Virus record (IMG/VR): IMGVR_UViG_2579778871_000005 | Strand: one strand, 5' to 3' | Source of the DNA: a virus | Taxonomy: Duplodnaviria; Heunggongvirae; Uroviricota; Caudoviricetes | Length of the DNA stretch: 36,051 nucleotides | In this document: positions 27,433 through 35,614 of the stretch, piece by piece | How the letters are laid out: each line of letters starts with the position of its first letter | Numbering within the stretch: position 1 is the first letter of the stretch | Position numbers and translations under genes: made by a program | The notes under the pieces: generated by a model | Database searches by the model: none | Seen by the model: the letters and a program-made list of their open reading frames with translations, nothing else | What the model was told of the DNA's origin: nothing

Positions 27433-27509
27433 AGAATCTGAAACCTTCAGTAGAGTTAGATAGTAAATGCATGCTGTCTGCACGCTTTTTGGTTTTGTTT
27501 ACAACATGT

Positions 27510-28031
27510 TTAATCTTGCCTTGGACACATCCAGTAATCCTCATCCGGCTCTGGCGAGTAAACCATCAGGCACCCTTCGCGCGGCGGCTTCTTATCAGAA
27601 GTCATAGGAACTTTTTCTTTATCCAGTTTCACAACCAGATCCCCACCCGGTACATCCGCTTTATCGAAGCAGACAGACTGGCAGGCAGATTTTGAAATCT
27701 TTACTTCGTGGGTATTATTGGAGATGAAAAGGAAGCAGGTATGACCGGAGGCAGTGTAATTACCTGGTATGTCGTTTTTATCTTTTACGTGAAACTCGAC
27801 CGTCGTAACGGGACGTTGGCTATCATCGTAGACCTTGAACGAATCGAAGTTTGTCGCGTACTTATCCAGACCTGGGCACTGTTGACGAATAAACGGCAGT
27901 TCACGTTTTACTACCGGATTATCGGACTCAACCTTAAATGTAGTAGGGACAGGAGATGGTGCGGCATTATCATCACCACACCCAACCATTAGCAGAGCAC
28001 TTACCCCCAGAGGTAAAAGAAAGTGCTTCAT
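27510..28031 (-). CDS. Cys-rich lipoprotein of unknown function (possible exclusion protein)
   Basis: 173-aa ORF with signal peptide and lipobox (MKHFLLPLGVSALLMVGC); AAGGA ribosome-binding site before the ATG at 28031; same strand as and downstream of the repressor. Confidence 0.7.
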   Translation of the reverse strand: MKHFLLPLGVSALLMVGCGDDNAAPSPVPTTFKVESDNPVVKRELPFIRQQCPGLDKYATNFDSFKVYDDSQRPVTTVEFHVKDKNDIPGNYTASGHTCFLFISNNTHEVKISKSACQSVCFDKADVPGGDLVVKLDKEKVPMTSDKKPPREGCLMVYSPEPDEDYWMCPRQD

Positions 28032-28143
28032 AAAACATCCTTATCTAAAGAAACTCCGTCAACTCTGACAGCAGGTCTCTGGTGACAGAGATAACCAACA
28101 GACCTTTTGAGGCTTTAACCAGGTGCGTAATACCACTACGTTA

Positions 28144-28494
28144 CTATCCGGCTTGTTTATCGGGTCGGGCCTGCGTGAGCAATCGGCCCATTTCAAGAAT
28201 CGCCCTCCGTTGTTCGGCGCTCATATCGTCAAAGGCCTCTAACAACCTTTGTTTTTCTGGTGAAAAATTTTCTACCTTTTCTGCAACCATTGATGGATTA
28301 CGTTGCCCAGTAACTACATAGAGAACATCTAATCCAACCTTTGCCCAAGCCTCTAAAACCGCACTATTAGGGAACGAAGCGCCTTTTTCCCAATTGATTT
28401 GGGAGTGCTTACCTGCGCTAGCCAAAGCAGCGAAATCAGTCTGGTTGTAACCCAACCGTTCACGTTCCTTTTTAATGCGTTCACCTTGGTTCAT
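28144..28494 (-). CDS. Prophage repressor, XRE-family helix-turn-helix protein
   Basis: 116-aa ORF with N-terminal HTH-like segment (..IKKERERLGYNQTDFAALASAGKHSQINWEKG..); divergent from the early operon across a repeat-containing intergenic region; no peptidase domain. Confidence 0.7.
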   Translation of the reverse strand: MNQGERIKKERERLGYNQTDFAALASAGKHSQINWEKGASFPNSAVLEAWAKVGLDVLYVVTGQRNPSMVAEKVENFSPEKQRLLEAFDDMSAEQRRAILEMGRLLTQARPDKQAG

Positions 28495-28589
28495 TTTTTT
28501 CTACTTTTACATTGAAAGGTTGAAAATTTTCTACCATAATCTACCACACATAAACCAAACATCATTGCATCAAACAAGGAGCCAGAACC
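28495..28589. promoter_or_regulatory. Divergent repressor/early promoter-operator region
   Basis: Candidate rightward sigma70 promoter: -35 TTGAAA (28512-28517), 17-bp spacer, -10 CATAAT (28535-28540); repeated TTTTCTAC(C) at 28497-28504 and 28527-28535 and TCTACCA at 28540-28546; AAGGA before the ATG at 28590. Confidence 0.45.
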
Positions 28590-28775
28590 ATGACAACCGA
28601 TCAGGTCAAAGCCCTCTTTCGTCAGCGCGGCGTTACCTTTACCCGCTGGGCAGAAGATAACGGTTACACCCGCAATGAGGTGTATCGCGTGCTTAATGGT
28701 CAGTCAAAAGCCAACTACGGAAAGGCGCATGAGATTGCCGTCAAACTTGGCCTTAAGTCCGGCATCGCCGCCTAG
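28590..28775 (+). CDS. Ner/Cro-like small DNA-binding protein (first early gene)
   Basis: 61-aa ORF opening the rightward operon opposite the repressor; HTH-like pattern (..RQRGVTFTRWAEDNGYTRNEVYRVLNG..). Confidence 0.5.
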   Translation: MTTDQVKALFRQRGVTFTRWAEDNGYTRNEVYRVLNGQSKANYGKAHEIAVKLGLKSGIAA

Positions 28776-28836
28776 ATTTTACAGTAAGTGTAACAGCGTT
28801 TCACATACAGAAAAGAGGCAACACAGGATAATCGTT

Positions 28837-29076
28837 ATGAAACCTACCGATTTAACCCCCGGCCAGCGCGTACTGATTACACCAGAGCTTGGCCCGAAAA
28901 CCCCGCTTCACGGTACTTTTCTCCGCCGCGTTCCGCGCCAGTGTGGTCGGGCGGCTTACAGCGTTTTTCGCATTGATGAATTTGTCGAGCAGAACGGGCC
29001 AGACGATAAAGGAGACACCCCGATGTCGGATTCCTGCATTTCCCGTCGGGTACAACCACTGGAGGTGCGTACATGA
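28837..29076 (+). CDS. Hypothetical early protein
   Basis: ORF 28675..29076; likely ATG at 28837 (MKPTDLTPGQRVLITPELGP...); stop overlaps the next start. Confidence 0.4.
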   Translation: MKPTDLTPGQRVLITPELGPKTPLHGTFLRRVPRQCGRAAYSVFRIDEFVEQNGPDDKGDTPMSDSCISRRVQPLEVRT

Positions 29077-29369
29077 AGGCTTCTACCTCCGGCGCACGCA
29101 TCCTTCGCGTACTCAAAGCCCTGAAAGGCTACTCGCTCACCGGGCTGTCCAATGGCGAACTAGCGGCGGCGTTGCATGAATCCCCGGCCAATATCACTCG
29201 TGCCGCTGACACTCTGATCGAAGAGGGCCTGGTACAACGGCTGGAAAATGGGCGCTTTGCCATGAGCATGGCGATGCTACAAATCGCCCACGCTCATGCG
29301 ACAGAAGTCACCCGCGCTCAGGACAGACTAAAAGAAATGAATCAACGCCTGCTGGCTGGCAGTCGATAA
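29073..29369 (+). CDS. Winged-helix DNA-binding protein, putative early regulator
   Basis: 98-aa ORF (..ILRVLKALKGYSLTGLSNGELAAALHESPANITRAADTLIEEGLVQR..), a pattern typical of winged-helix transcription factors. Confidence 0.45.
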   Translation: MKASTSGARILRVLKALKGYSLTGLSNGELAAALHESPANITRAADTLIEEGLVQRLENGRFAMSMAMLQIAHAHATEVTRAQDRLKEMNQRLLAGSR

Positions 29370-29379
29370 GGAGTAAGCA

Positions 29380-30330
29380 ATGGCACGTCAAAAATCACAA
29401 CCCGCCGAACTGGTGCCGGATGCGCCGCTGGACGCCGAACTGAACGTCGGACTGAATGCGCTGGCGGAACACCGCATTGAGATTATGCAACAGTTCGGTG
29501 ACGGCCTGCCGTATGAGCGTGACCGCGTGGTGCATGAGGCACGGTTTTATATGTCGCAGAGCGCCGAGGCAATGCTGGAAGCGGGTAAGCGGCTGGTGAT
29601 ACTGAAAGAGAATGAACCGCATGGGGAGTTCACGGCAATTGTCACTGAACAGTTGGGGCTAGGTGACCGGGCTGCACGCCGTATGATGCAGGCGTCTATT
29701 AAGTACCTTTCACCTACGCTTGAGTCAAAACGGCCAACGTTGGCCGTTTTGGGTAAGGCTAAATTATTTGAACTGGTATCAGAGGATGACGAAGACCTTA
29801 CAGCATTAGCCGAAGGCGGCACCGTCGCTGGCCTGACACTGGACGACGTAGATCGCATGAGCTGCCGCGAACTCCGCGCCGCTCTGCGTGAAGCCCGCGA
29901 GGACGCCGACGCCCAGCGCCGCGTTCTGTCCGATAAGAATGACAAAATTGACAAACTCTCCACCCTGCTCGCCAAAAAGTCCCGAATCGCGCCGCCGCCC
30001 CCGGATGTAGAGGACGAGCAGTTGCGTAAGGAAGTCATGGCTATCGCCTTCGAAGCTGAAGCCATTATTCGCGGCAAGCTCTATGAGGCCTTCACCGTAT
30101 TGAATCAGCATCATTCGGAACTGGTTCAGACGCATCCCTACGCCTTTATGACGGGCCTGCTGTGTCAGATTGACAGCGCCACCACCTATCTGCGCGAAGA
30201 GTTTGGCCTTGCTGCTGAACCACGCAGTGACGCCGCGCCGGAGTGGGTAACAGACCCCACGCCAGAGATTGATCGCCCGGAATGGATGAATGCTTCAGAT
30301 TCAGAACCTGTTCAGGCGGATTGTATATGA
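29380..30330 (+). CDS. DUF3102-like early protein
   Basis: 316-aa ORF directly upstream of the transposase; motif ..GKRLVILKENEPHGEFTAIVTEQLGLGDRAARRMMQAS.. matches the pattern I associate with DUF3102 proteins of Mu-like phages. Confidence 0.55.
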   Translation: MARQKSQPAELVPDAPLDAELNVGLNALAEHRIEIMQQFGDGLPYERDRVVHEARFYMSQSAEAMLEAGKRLVILKENEPHGEFTAIVTEQLGLGDRAARRMMQASIKYLSPTLESKRPTLAVLGKAKLFELVSEDDEDLTALAEGGTVAGLTLDDVDRMSCRELRAALREAREDADAQRRVLSDKNDKIDKLSTLLAKKSRIAPPPPDVEDEQLRKEVMAIAFEAEAIIRGKLYEAFTVLNQHHSELVQTHPYAFMTGLLCQIDSATTYLREEFGLAAEPRSDAAPEWVTDPTPEIDRPEWMNASDSEPVQADCI

Positions 30331-32072
30331 GCGCCGTCATGACCGAACGCTTAGTTGCTTTTGCTCAGGCTGCGCGGCAGGCCGGGCATGGTACACGAGG
30401 CGCAATCTATGCTGCCGCCTGCGCGGAGTTGGGCCTTTCCCGCGCCACGCTGTTACGCAAAATCAAGGAAGTCGCCGTGACTGATAATCGTAAGCGCAGA
30501 ACAGACGCAGGGAAAACCGCGCTGACCCGCGACGAGGCGGTGATGATATCCGCGACACTGATGGAAGCCACTCGTAAGAACGGCAAGCGCCTGTATTCCG
30601 TCGCCGACGCCGTGGAAATGTTACGCGCCAACAACGAAATTGACGCCGGGCGACTGGATGAAGAATCCGGTGAATGGATGCCGTTGTCGGAAAGCACCAT
30701 TATCCGGGCGCTACGCGGCTACGGCCTGCACCCGGATCAGCTCAGTCAGCCCGCGCCGGTGACGGAACTCGCCAGCCTGCACCCCAATCACGTCTGGGAA
30801 ATCGACGCCTCGCTCTGCACGTTGTACTACCTCAGCAATGGACAGCATGGCTTACAGGTGATGGACAGTTCGAAGTTCTACAAGAACAAGCCGAAGAATC
30901 TGCAACGTATCGCCAGTGACCGGGTATGGAGTTACGAACTGACCGACCACACCAGCGGCTGGATCTACGTTGAATACGTGATGGGCGCGGAGTCTGGCGA
31001 GAATCTTTGCTCAGTGCTGATAAACGCCATGCAGGAGCGCGGCGGCGCGGATGTGCTTCACGGCGTACCGCATATGCTGTATCTCGACCCCGGCTCGGCT
31101 AACACCGCGGCCATGACCAAAAACCTCTGCCGTTCGCTGGGCATTGACGTGGTAGCACATAAAGCCCACAACGCCCGCGCCACCGGGCAGGTGGAAAAGG
31201 CGCGTGACATTATCGAGCGCCGCTTTGAACCGGGGCTGAAGTTCCAACCGGTTCATAGTCTGGAGGAACTGAACGCCAAAGCGAAGCTGTGGCGGCAGCA
31301 CTTCAACGCCACCGCCATTCACACTCGCCACGGCAAGTCGCGTAGTAACGTCTGGATGACCATCACCACGCAACAGCTTATCAAAGCGCCATCGGTGGAT
31401 GTATGCCGCGAACTGGCCGTTGCCGCGCCGGAAAGCCGCAAGGTAACACCAAAGCTGCGCGTCTCCTTCCGGGGCGCTGAATATGATGTGTCGTCGGTGC
31501 CGGGTGTGATGGTGGGTGAGAAACTGATGATCACCCGCAATCCGTGGCGCACTGACGCTGCGCAGGTAGTTCTTATCGGCGACGATGGCCATGAGTATTT
31601 TCATCTGGTGGAAGAAGTTCGTAAGAATGAATACGGCTTTGCCCAGGATGCTGCGGTACTGGGCCAGAACCATAAGCGCCACGCCGATACACCAGCGCAG
31701 ACTGCTGCTAAACAAATTGAGCAGATTGTTACCGAAACGGATAACGAGACTGACGCAGCCGCTGCGCGTAAAGCGAAGGCGCTGCCGTTCGGCGGCAGGC
31801 TCGACCCGTACAAACCGATCACCGACAGCGAACTCCCCGCGTTCCTACCGCGTCGCGGCCAGGATTCTCTGGTACGCGCCCCACGTATTGAGGAAAGGCT
31901 TTTAACTCACGTTGAAGCTGCGAAGGCGCTGAAAGCGCGTCTGCCGGAATGGAGCGTAGCAGTGTATCAGGAACTGGTGAAACGCTGGCCAGAAGGCGTG
32001 GCGGAAGAAGAACTGGACGCCGCCGCGCAGCAGCTTACCGCCCGAGTGCAACTGAACGTAGTCGGTGGTTAA
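30327..32072 (+). CDS. DDE transposase (Mu A-like function, integrase-core fold)
   Basis: ORF 30282..32072; ATG at 30327 overlaps the upstream stop (ATGA); candidate catalytic residues in ..VWEIDASLC.., ..LYLDPGSANT.. and a downstream Glu; followed by an AAA+ ATPase gene, the transposase/ATPase pairing of Mu, IS21 and Tn7-type elements. Confidence 0.8.
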   Translation: MSAVMTERLVAFAQAARQAGHGTRGAIYAAACAELGLSRATLLRKIKEVAVTDNRKRRTDAGKTALTRDEAVMISATLMEATRKNGKRLYSVADAVEMLRANNEIDAGRLDEESGEWMPLSESTIIRALRGYGLHPDQLSQPAPVTELASLHPNHVWEIDASLCTLYYLSNGQHGLQVMDSSKFYKNKPKNLQRIASDRVWSYELTDHTSGWIYVEYVMGAESGENLCSVLINAMQERGGADVLHGVPHMLYLDPGSANTAAMTKNLCRSLGIDVVAHKAHNARATGQVEKARDIIERRFEPGLKFQPVHSLEELNAKAKLWRQHFNATAIHTRHGKSRSNVWMTITTQQLIKAPSVDVCRELAVAAPESRKVTPKLRVSFRGAEYDVSSVPGVMVGEKLMITRNPWRTDAAQVVLIGDDGHEYFHLVEEVRKNEYGFAQDAAVLGQNHKRHADTPAQTAAKQIEQIVTETDNETDAAAARKAKALPFGGRLDPYKPITDSELPAFLPRRGQDSLVRAPRIEERLLTHVEAAKALKARLPEWSVAVYQELVKRWPEGVAEEELDAAAQQLTARVQLNVVGG

Positions 32073-32081
32073 GGGGGAGTT

Positions 32082-33206
32082 ATGCAGATTAAACAACAGT
32101 TGCGCCAGCGTGGCATCACTCAGGCAGCAGTAGCACAGGCTACCGGGGTTTCCGCAGCGGTTATCGCGCAGATGGTTAATCACGGCCTGTGGCCGAAAAC
32201 AGAAGAACTACGGGAGCGCATCAGCGCATTTTTGGCAGAAAAAGGTATTGAACTGAAAGTGGGACAGGCAGCGGCCACTGCCTGCCCCGATACCGCATCC
32301 ACAAGGGACGAAAATATGTTACTGGCAAAACAGGTATTAAATCCAGCGGCGAAGAAACATTTTGGGCTGTTCCGCGACCCGTTCGCTGATGAAGTCATGC
32401 AGAGCGCGGACGATGTATTCACCACGCCGGATATCCGTTATGTGCGCGAGGCGCTGTACCAGACTGCGCGTCACGGCGGGTTTATTGCGGTGACAGGTGA
32501 ATCCGGCGCAGGGAAAACCACGCTGCGCCGTGACCTGGCTGACCGCATCAACCGCGAAAACGCGCCCGTTATCATCATCGAGCCGTATATCATCGCGATG
32601 GAAGACAACGACGCAAAGGGTAAAACCCTGAAAGCTGCCGCCATAGCAGAAGCCATCATCAACACCATCGCGCCGCTGGAGAACGTCAAACGCTCGCAGG
32701 AGGCGCGTTATCGCCAGTTGCACCGGGTGCTAAAGGAATCGGCCCGTGCCGGGTTCTCACATTGCCTTGTTATCGAAGAGGCGCACTCGCTGCCGGTGCC
32801 GACGCTCAAGCACCTGAAACGCTTCTTTGAGCTGGAAGATGGCTTTAAGAAACTGCTGTCGATAGTGCTGATTGGTCAGCCTGAACTGAAGCTGAAACTG
32901 TCCGAACGTAATCAGGAAGTGCGTGAAGTGGTTCAACGTTGCGAGGTTGTCGAACTGCTGCCGCTGGACAACTATCTGGAATCGTTTCTGGCGTTTAAAT
33001 TTCAGCGTGCCGGAAAAGGAGTTTCAGAGGTGCTGGATGATAGCGCCGCCGATGCTATCCGCGCCCGGCTGTGCAATTCATCCCGACGCGGTGACGTCAG
33101 TCTGCTGTACCCGCTGGCGCTGGGGAATCTGGTTATCGCTGCAATGAATCTGGCTGCTGATATCGGCGTACCCGTAGTGAATGCCGATGTGATTAAAGGA
33201 GTGTGA
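32082..33206 (+). CDS. Transposition ATPase (Mu B-like AAA+ protein) with N-terminal HTH
   Basis: 374-aa ORF; Walker A ..VTGESGAGKTTL.. and Walker B-like ..HCLVIEEAHSL..; N-terminal HTH-like segment (..LRQRGITQAAVAQATGVSAAVIAQMVN..). Confidence 0.8.
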   Translation: MQIKQQLRQRGITQAAVAQATGVSAAVIAQMVNHGLWPKTEELRERISAFLAEKGIELKVGQAAATACPDTASTRDENMLLAKQVLNPAAKKHFGLFRDPFADEVMQSADDVFTTPDIRYVREALYQTARHGGFIAVTGESGAGKTTLRRDLADRINRENAPVIIIEPYIIAMEDNDAKGKTLKAAAIAEAIINTIAPLENVKRSQEARYRQLHRVLKESARAGFSHCLVIEEAHSLPVPTLKHLKRFFELEDGFKKLLSIVLIGQPELKLKLSERNQEVREVVQRCEVVELLPLDNYLESFLAFKFQRAGKGVSEVLDDSAADAIRARLCNSSRRGDVSLLYPLALGNLVIAAMNLAADIGVPVVNADVIKGV

Positions 33207-33208
33207 AA

Positions 33209-33337
33209 ATGGTATTTCACAAATTAACCGGAAAGGACGTGATGCAATACCGCAAGATATCGCTGGCTGACCGTTTTGTATTATGGGCCAGCGCTATAAC
33301 TACACTGATTTTTATATTCATAGCCTTATTTAATTAA
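33209..33337 (+). CDS. Possible 42-aa single-TM peptide (below the ORF-track size cutoff)
   Basis: ATG at 33209 preceded by AAGGAG (33196-33201); translation MVFHKLTGKDVMQYRKISLADRFVLWASAITTLIFIFIALFN; lies in the 200-bp gap after the ATPase gene. Hand-translated. Confidence 0.3.
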   Translation: MVFHKLTGKDVMQYRKISLADRFVLWASAITTLIFIFIALFN

Positions 33338-33408
33338 TTCAGGTCGCAGAAAAATGCCGTCAACCCGGCAGGCTTCGCACACCCTGAAATCACCCTGGAG
33401 ACTATTTT

Positions 33409-34026
33409 ATGACTGAAAAAACTATCCCCGCAGGTTACTGGCAGGACGCCAAAGGTTGTCTGGTTCCCGAGTCTATGATCAAGCCCATTGACCGCGCACG
33501 CGATGCGCTGGTGAAGGAGATCGTCGCCGACGCAATGAAAATGAATGCTGAATTACTTGAGTTTAAAAACCGCTGTTTTGGCGATATACAGGCGTTTATT
33601 GATTTGTCCGTTGAACAATATGATGCCCGCCCCGGAGGCAAGAAAGGCAACATCACCCTGCATTCATTTGATGGTCGCTACAAGATCCAGCGCCAGATTG
33701 CCGAAAACATCGCCTTTGATGAACGGTTACAAGCCGCCCGTAACTTGATTGATGAGTGCCTGCATGAGTGGACGGCACAGGCCACGCCAGAGCTGAAGGT
33801 CATTGTGGAGAAAGCATTCGCAGAAGATAAAGAGGGCAACATCTCCACCGGGCGCGTACTGGCGCTGCGCCGCTATGAAATCACCGACCCGCGCTGGCTG
33901 AAGGCGATGGAGGCCATTGGCGAGTCGGTACAGGTGGTGAACTCAACAAGTTACGTGCGGGTTTATCAGCGCATCGGTGATAGCGATAAATACCAGCCCG
34001 TCGTGCTGAATATTGCGGGGGTGTGA
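33409..34026 (+). CDS. DUF3164-like early protein
   Basis: 205-aa ORF in the semi-essential early region; size and position match the DUF3164 proteins common in Mu-like phages; assignment by recollection. Confidence 0.5.
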   Translation: MTEKTIPAGYWQDAKGCLVPESMIKPIDRARDALVKEIVADAMKMNAELLEFKNRCFGDIQAFIDLSVEQYDARPGGKKGNITLHSFDGRYKIQRQIAENIAFDERLQAARNLIDECLHEWTAQATPELKVIVEKAFAEDKEGNISTGRVLALRRYEITDPRWLKAMEAIGESVQVVNSTSYVRVYQRIGDSDKYQPVVLNIAGV

Positions 34027-34027
34027 G

Positions 34028-34222
34028 ATGGCGACGATTAAATGTGTGTACTGCAAAAAAGAAGTCACTGAACTGGATTTTCAGCAGGCCAGCTTATTTC
34101 AGACTGATGAATATAAGGAGTGGTGTGTAAATTTAATTTTGCTCTGTCCGCACTGCGAGCAGGCTTATAACGCCTTTATTCCCACGATGGAATTAACCCC
34201 GGCAACGGAGGTAGGCGCATGA
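34028..34222 (+). CDS. Small zinc-ribbon protein
   Basis: ORF 34013..34222 (first codon TTG); ATG at 34028 gives MATIKCVYCKK...LLCPHCEQAY with a CxxC...CxxC arrangement. Confidence 0.45.
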   Translation: MATIKCVYCKKEVTELDFQQASLFQTDEYKEWCVNLILLCPHCEQAYNAFIPTMELTPATEVGA

Positions 34223-34497
34223 AAACGCTTATCTACCGTGCAGCCTTACTCAAGTGGGGGCCGGAGAAACAACTGGCGAAGCTGGCCGAGGAAGCAGCCG
34301 AACTCAGCGCCGCAGCCGCGCGTGGTTTGACAGGCTTCTGTGATGAAGCTGTGCTGGCGGAGGAGATTGCCGATGTGGAAATCATGATCGAACAGTTCCG
34401 GCAGAACGGTATGGACAAGCTAATCGATTATCGAAAAGCGAAAAAGCTGGCGCGGCTGGCAGAATGGTTGGGAGTAGTAAATGATGATGTTTGTTAA
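34219..34497 (+). CDS. MazG-like nucleotide pyrophosphohydrolase, putative
   Basis: 92-aa ORF with EExxE-type acidic motifs (..LAEEAAELSAAAARG.., ..EEIADVEIMIEQ..) characteristic of small all-alpha MazG-family proteins. Confidence 0.55.
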   Translation: MKTLIYRAALLKWGPEKQLAKLAEEAAELSAAAARGLTGFCDEAVLAEEIADVEIMIEQFRQNGMDKLIDYRKAKKLARLAEWLGVVNDDVC

Positions 34498-34774
34498 ATG
34501 CCCAGCCTGCGGGAAATATGCCGAGAAAGAAGTACCGTTTCGCATTGGCGACAAAGTGAGTTTTGCCTGGCAGCAAGTATCTATGAGCGCTCGTAACACT
34601 CGCATCAGAATAACGACAAAAACAGGGAAAATAACCAGCGTCAATAATGATTCAGCGGTTGTCCGTTCCCGTGGCAAGGATTACTGCCTCGATAAAAGCT
34701 GCATATCTCCAGCAAATGAACCATCGGTATTAACCGTAAGGATGGTTGGGATCTGCCAGTGTGCTGACGTGTAG
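34481..34774 (+). CDS. Hypothetical early protein with N-terminal CxxC
   Basis: 97-aa ORF (MMMFVKCPACGKYAEKEVPF...) overlapping the end of the MazG-like gene. Confidence 0.4.
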   Translation: MMMFVKCPACGKYAEKEVPFRIGDKVSFAWQQVSMSARNTRIRITTKTGKITSVNNDSAVVRSRGKDYCLDKSCISPANEPSVLTVRMVGICQCADV

Positions 34775-34828
34775 CCACATTGATCATCCGGCGGTTGTGC
34801 CTGTCATAACCGCCTCACGGAGGAATGA

Positions 34829-35233
34829 ATGAACAGAGCACAATTATTGCGGGTTATCCATGTTGCCCGGCGAGAGCTGCGACTGGATGAGGCTACGTAT
34901 CGACAATTACTCAAAACACACTGCGGCGGGGAATCATTACGGGTAATGAGCGACTCACAACTGGCTAAGGCTTTCGCTGTGATGAAAAAACAGGGCTTCA
35001 AAGTCACATCTAAAGAGCCTCCTTCCTATGATAAGCAGTCTGCGATGATCCGCGCATTATGGAAGGAACTGGCGTCCAGCGGTACGGTTAGAGATGGCAG
35101 TTTGTCAGCGTTAAATAAGTTCGTACAGCGCCAGACAGGTGTCGCCCGGCTTGAGTGGCTGAATAATCAACAGGCTAGCCAGGTGATTGAACAACTGAAA
35201 AAATGGCTGGCGCGTGTCGGGAGGAGAAGATGA
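34829..35233 (+). CDS. GemA-like protein (Mu gp16 family)
   Basis: 134-aa ORF; ..LLRVIHVARRELRLDEATYRQLLK..., the pattern I recall for GemA-family proteins, located immediately upstream of mor as in Mu; GGAGG before the ATG. Confidence 0.55.
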   Translation: MNRAQLLRVIHVARRELRLDEATYRQLLKTHCGGESLRVMSDSQLAKAFAVMKKQGFKVTSKEPPSYDKQSAMIRALWKELASSGTVRDGSLSALNKFVQRQTGVARLEWLNNQQASQVIEQLKKWLARVGRRR

Positions 35234-35610
35234 AAGAACCGCAACAGCCAGAAATCTTTGCTGACCTTGCGCACCATGTCGCGAGCACGTTGCAAGAAAT
35301 GGTTGGAATGGAAGATGATATAGCTGAACAAATTGCTGTAGCTGTTGCTAACCGCATGATGCAAGCATGGGGCGGGCAAACCATCTACCTGCCCAAAGGC
35401 ATGGTCTTCATGACATCGGCGCGGGACTACAAAATCTGGCAGGAGTGTGATGGACGCAACTACCGCGAACTGGCGAAGAAGTACAACCTGACTTTGCAGT
35501 GGATCTACAAAGTAGTGAAAAAGATCCAGCGTTCTGAAAGCGCCCGCCGACAACTCCCATTATTCTCTATCACTGATGAACCTGAAGCAGTAAAATCAAC
35601 CCTGAAGTGA
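35230..35610 (+). CDS. mor: Mor-like transcriptional activator (Mor/C family)
   Basis: ORF 35203..35610; ATG at 35230 overlaps the gemA-like stop (ATGA), preceded by GAGGAG; C-terminal ..RDYKIWQECDGRNYRELAKKYNLTLQWIYKVVKK.. matches the Mor/C-family HTH region. Confidence 0.65.
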   Translation: MKEPQQPEIFADLAHHVASTLQEMVGMEDDIAEQIAVAVANRMMQAWGGQTIYLPKGMVFMTSARDYKIWQECDGRNYRELAKKYNLTLQWIYKVVKKIQRSESARRQLPLFSITDEPEAVKSTLK

Positions 35611-35614
35611 TTAA

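Noticed and set aside
28032-28143. Short inverted repeat CTCTGGTGACAGAG and duplicated TGACAG between the repressor 3' end and the lipoprotein gene
   Set aside because: Too short and unsupported to call a terminator or operator; may matter for read-through from the repressor into the cargo genes, but this was not reported as a feature.
29547-30077. Minus-strand 176-aa Ser/Arg-rich ORF
   Set aside because: Antisense to the DUF3102-like early gene; low complexity; no start context.
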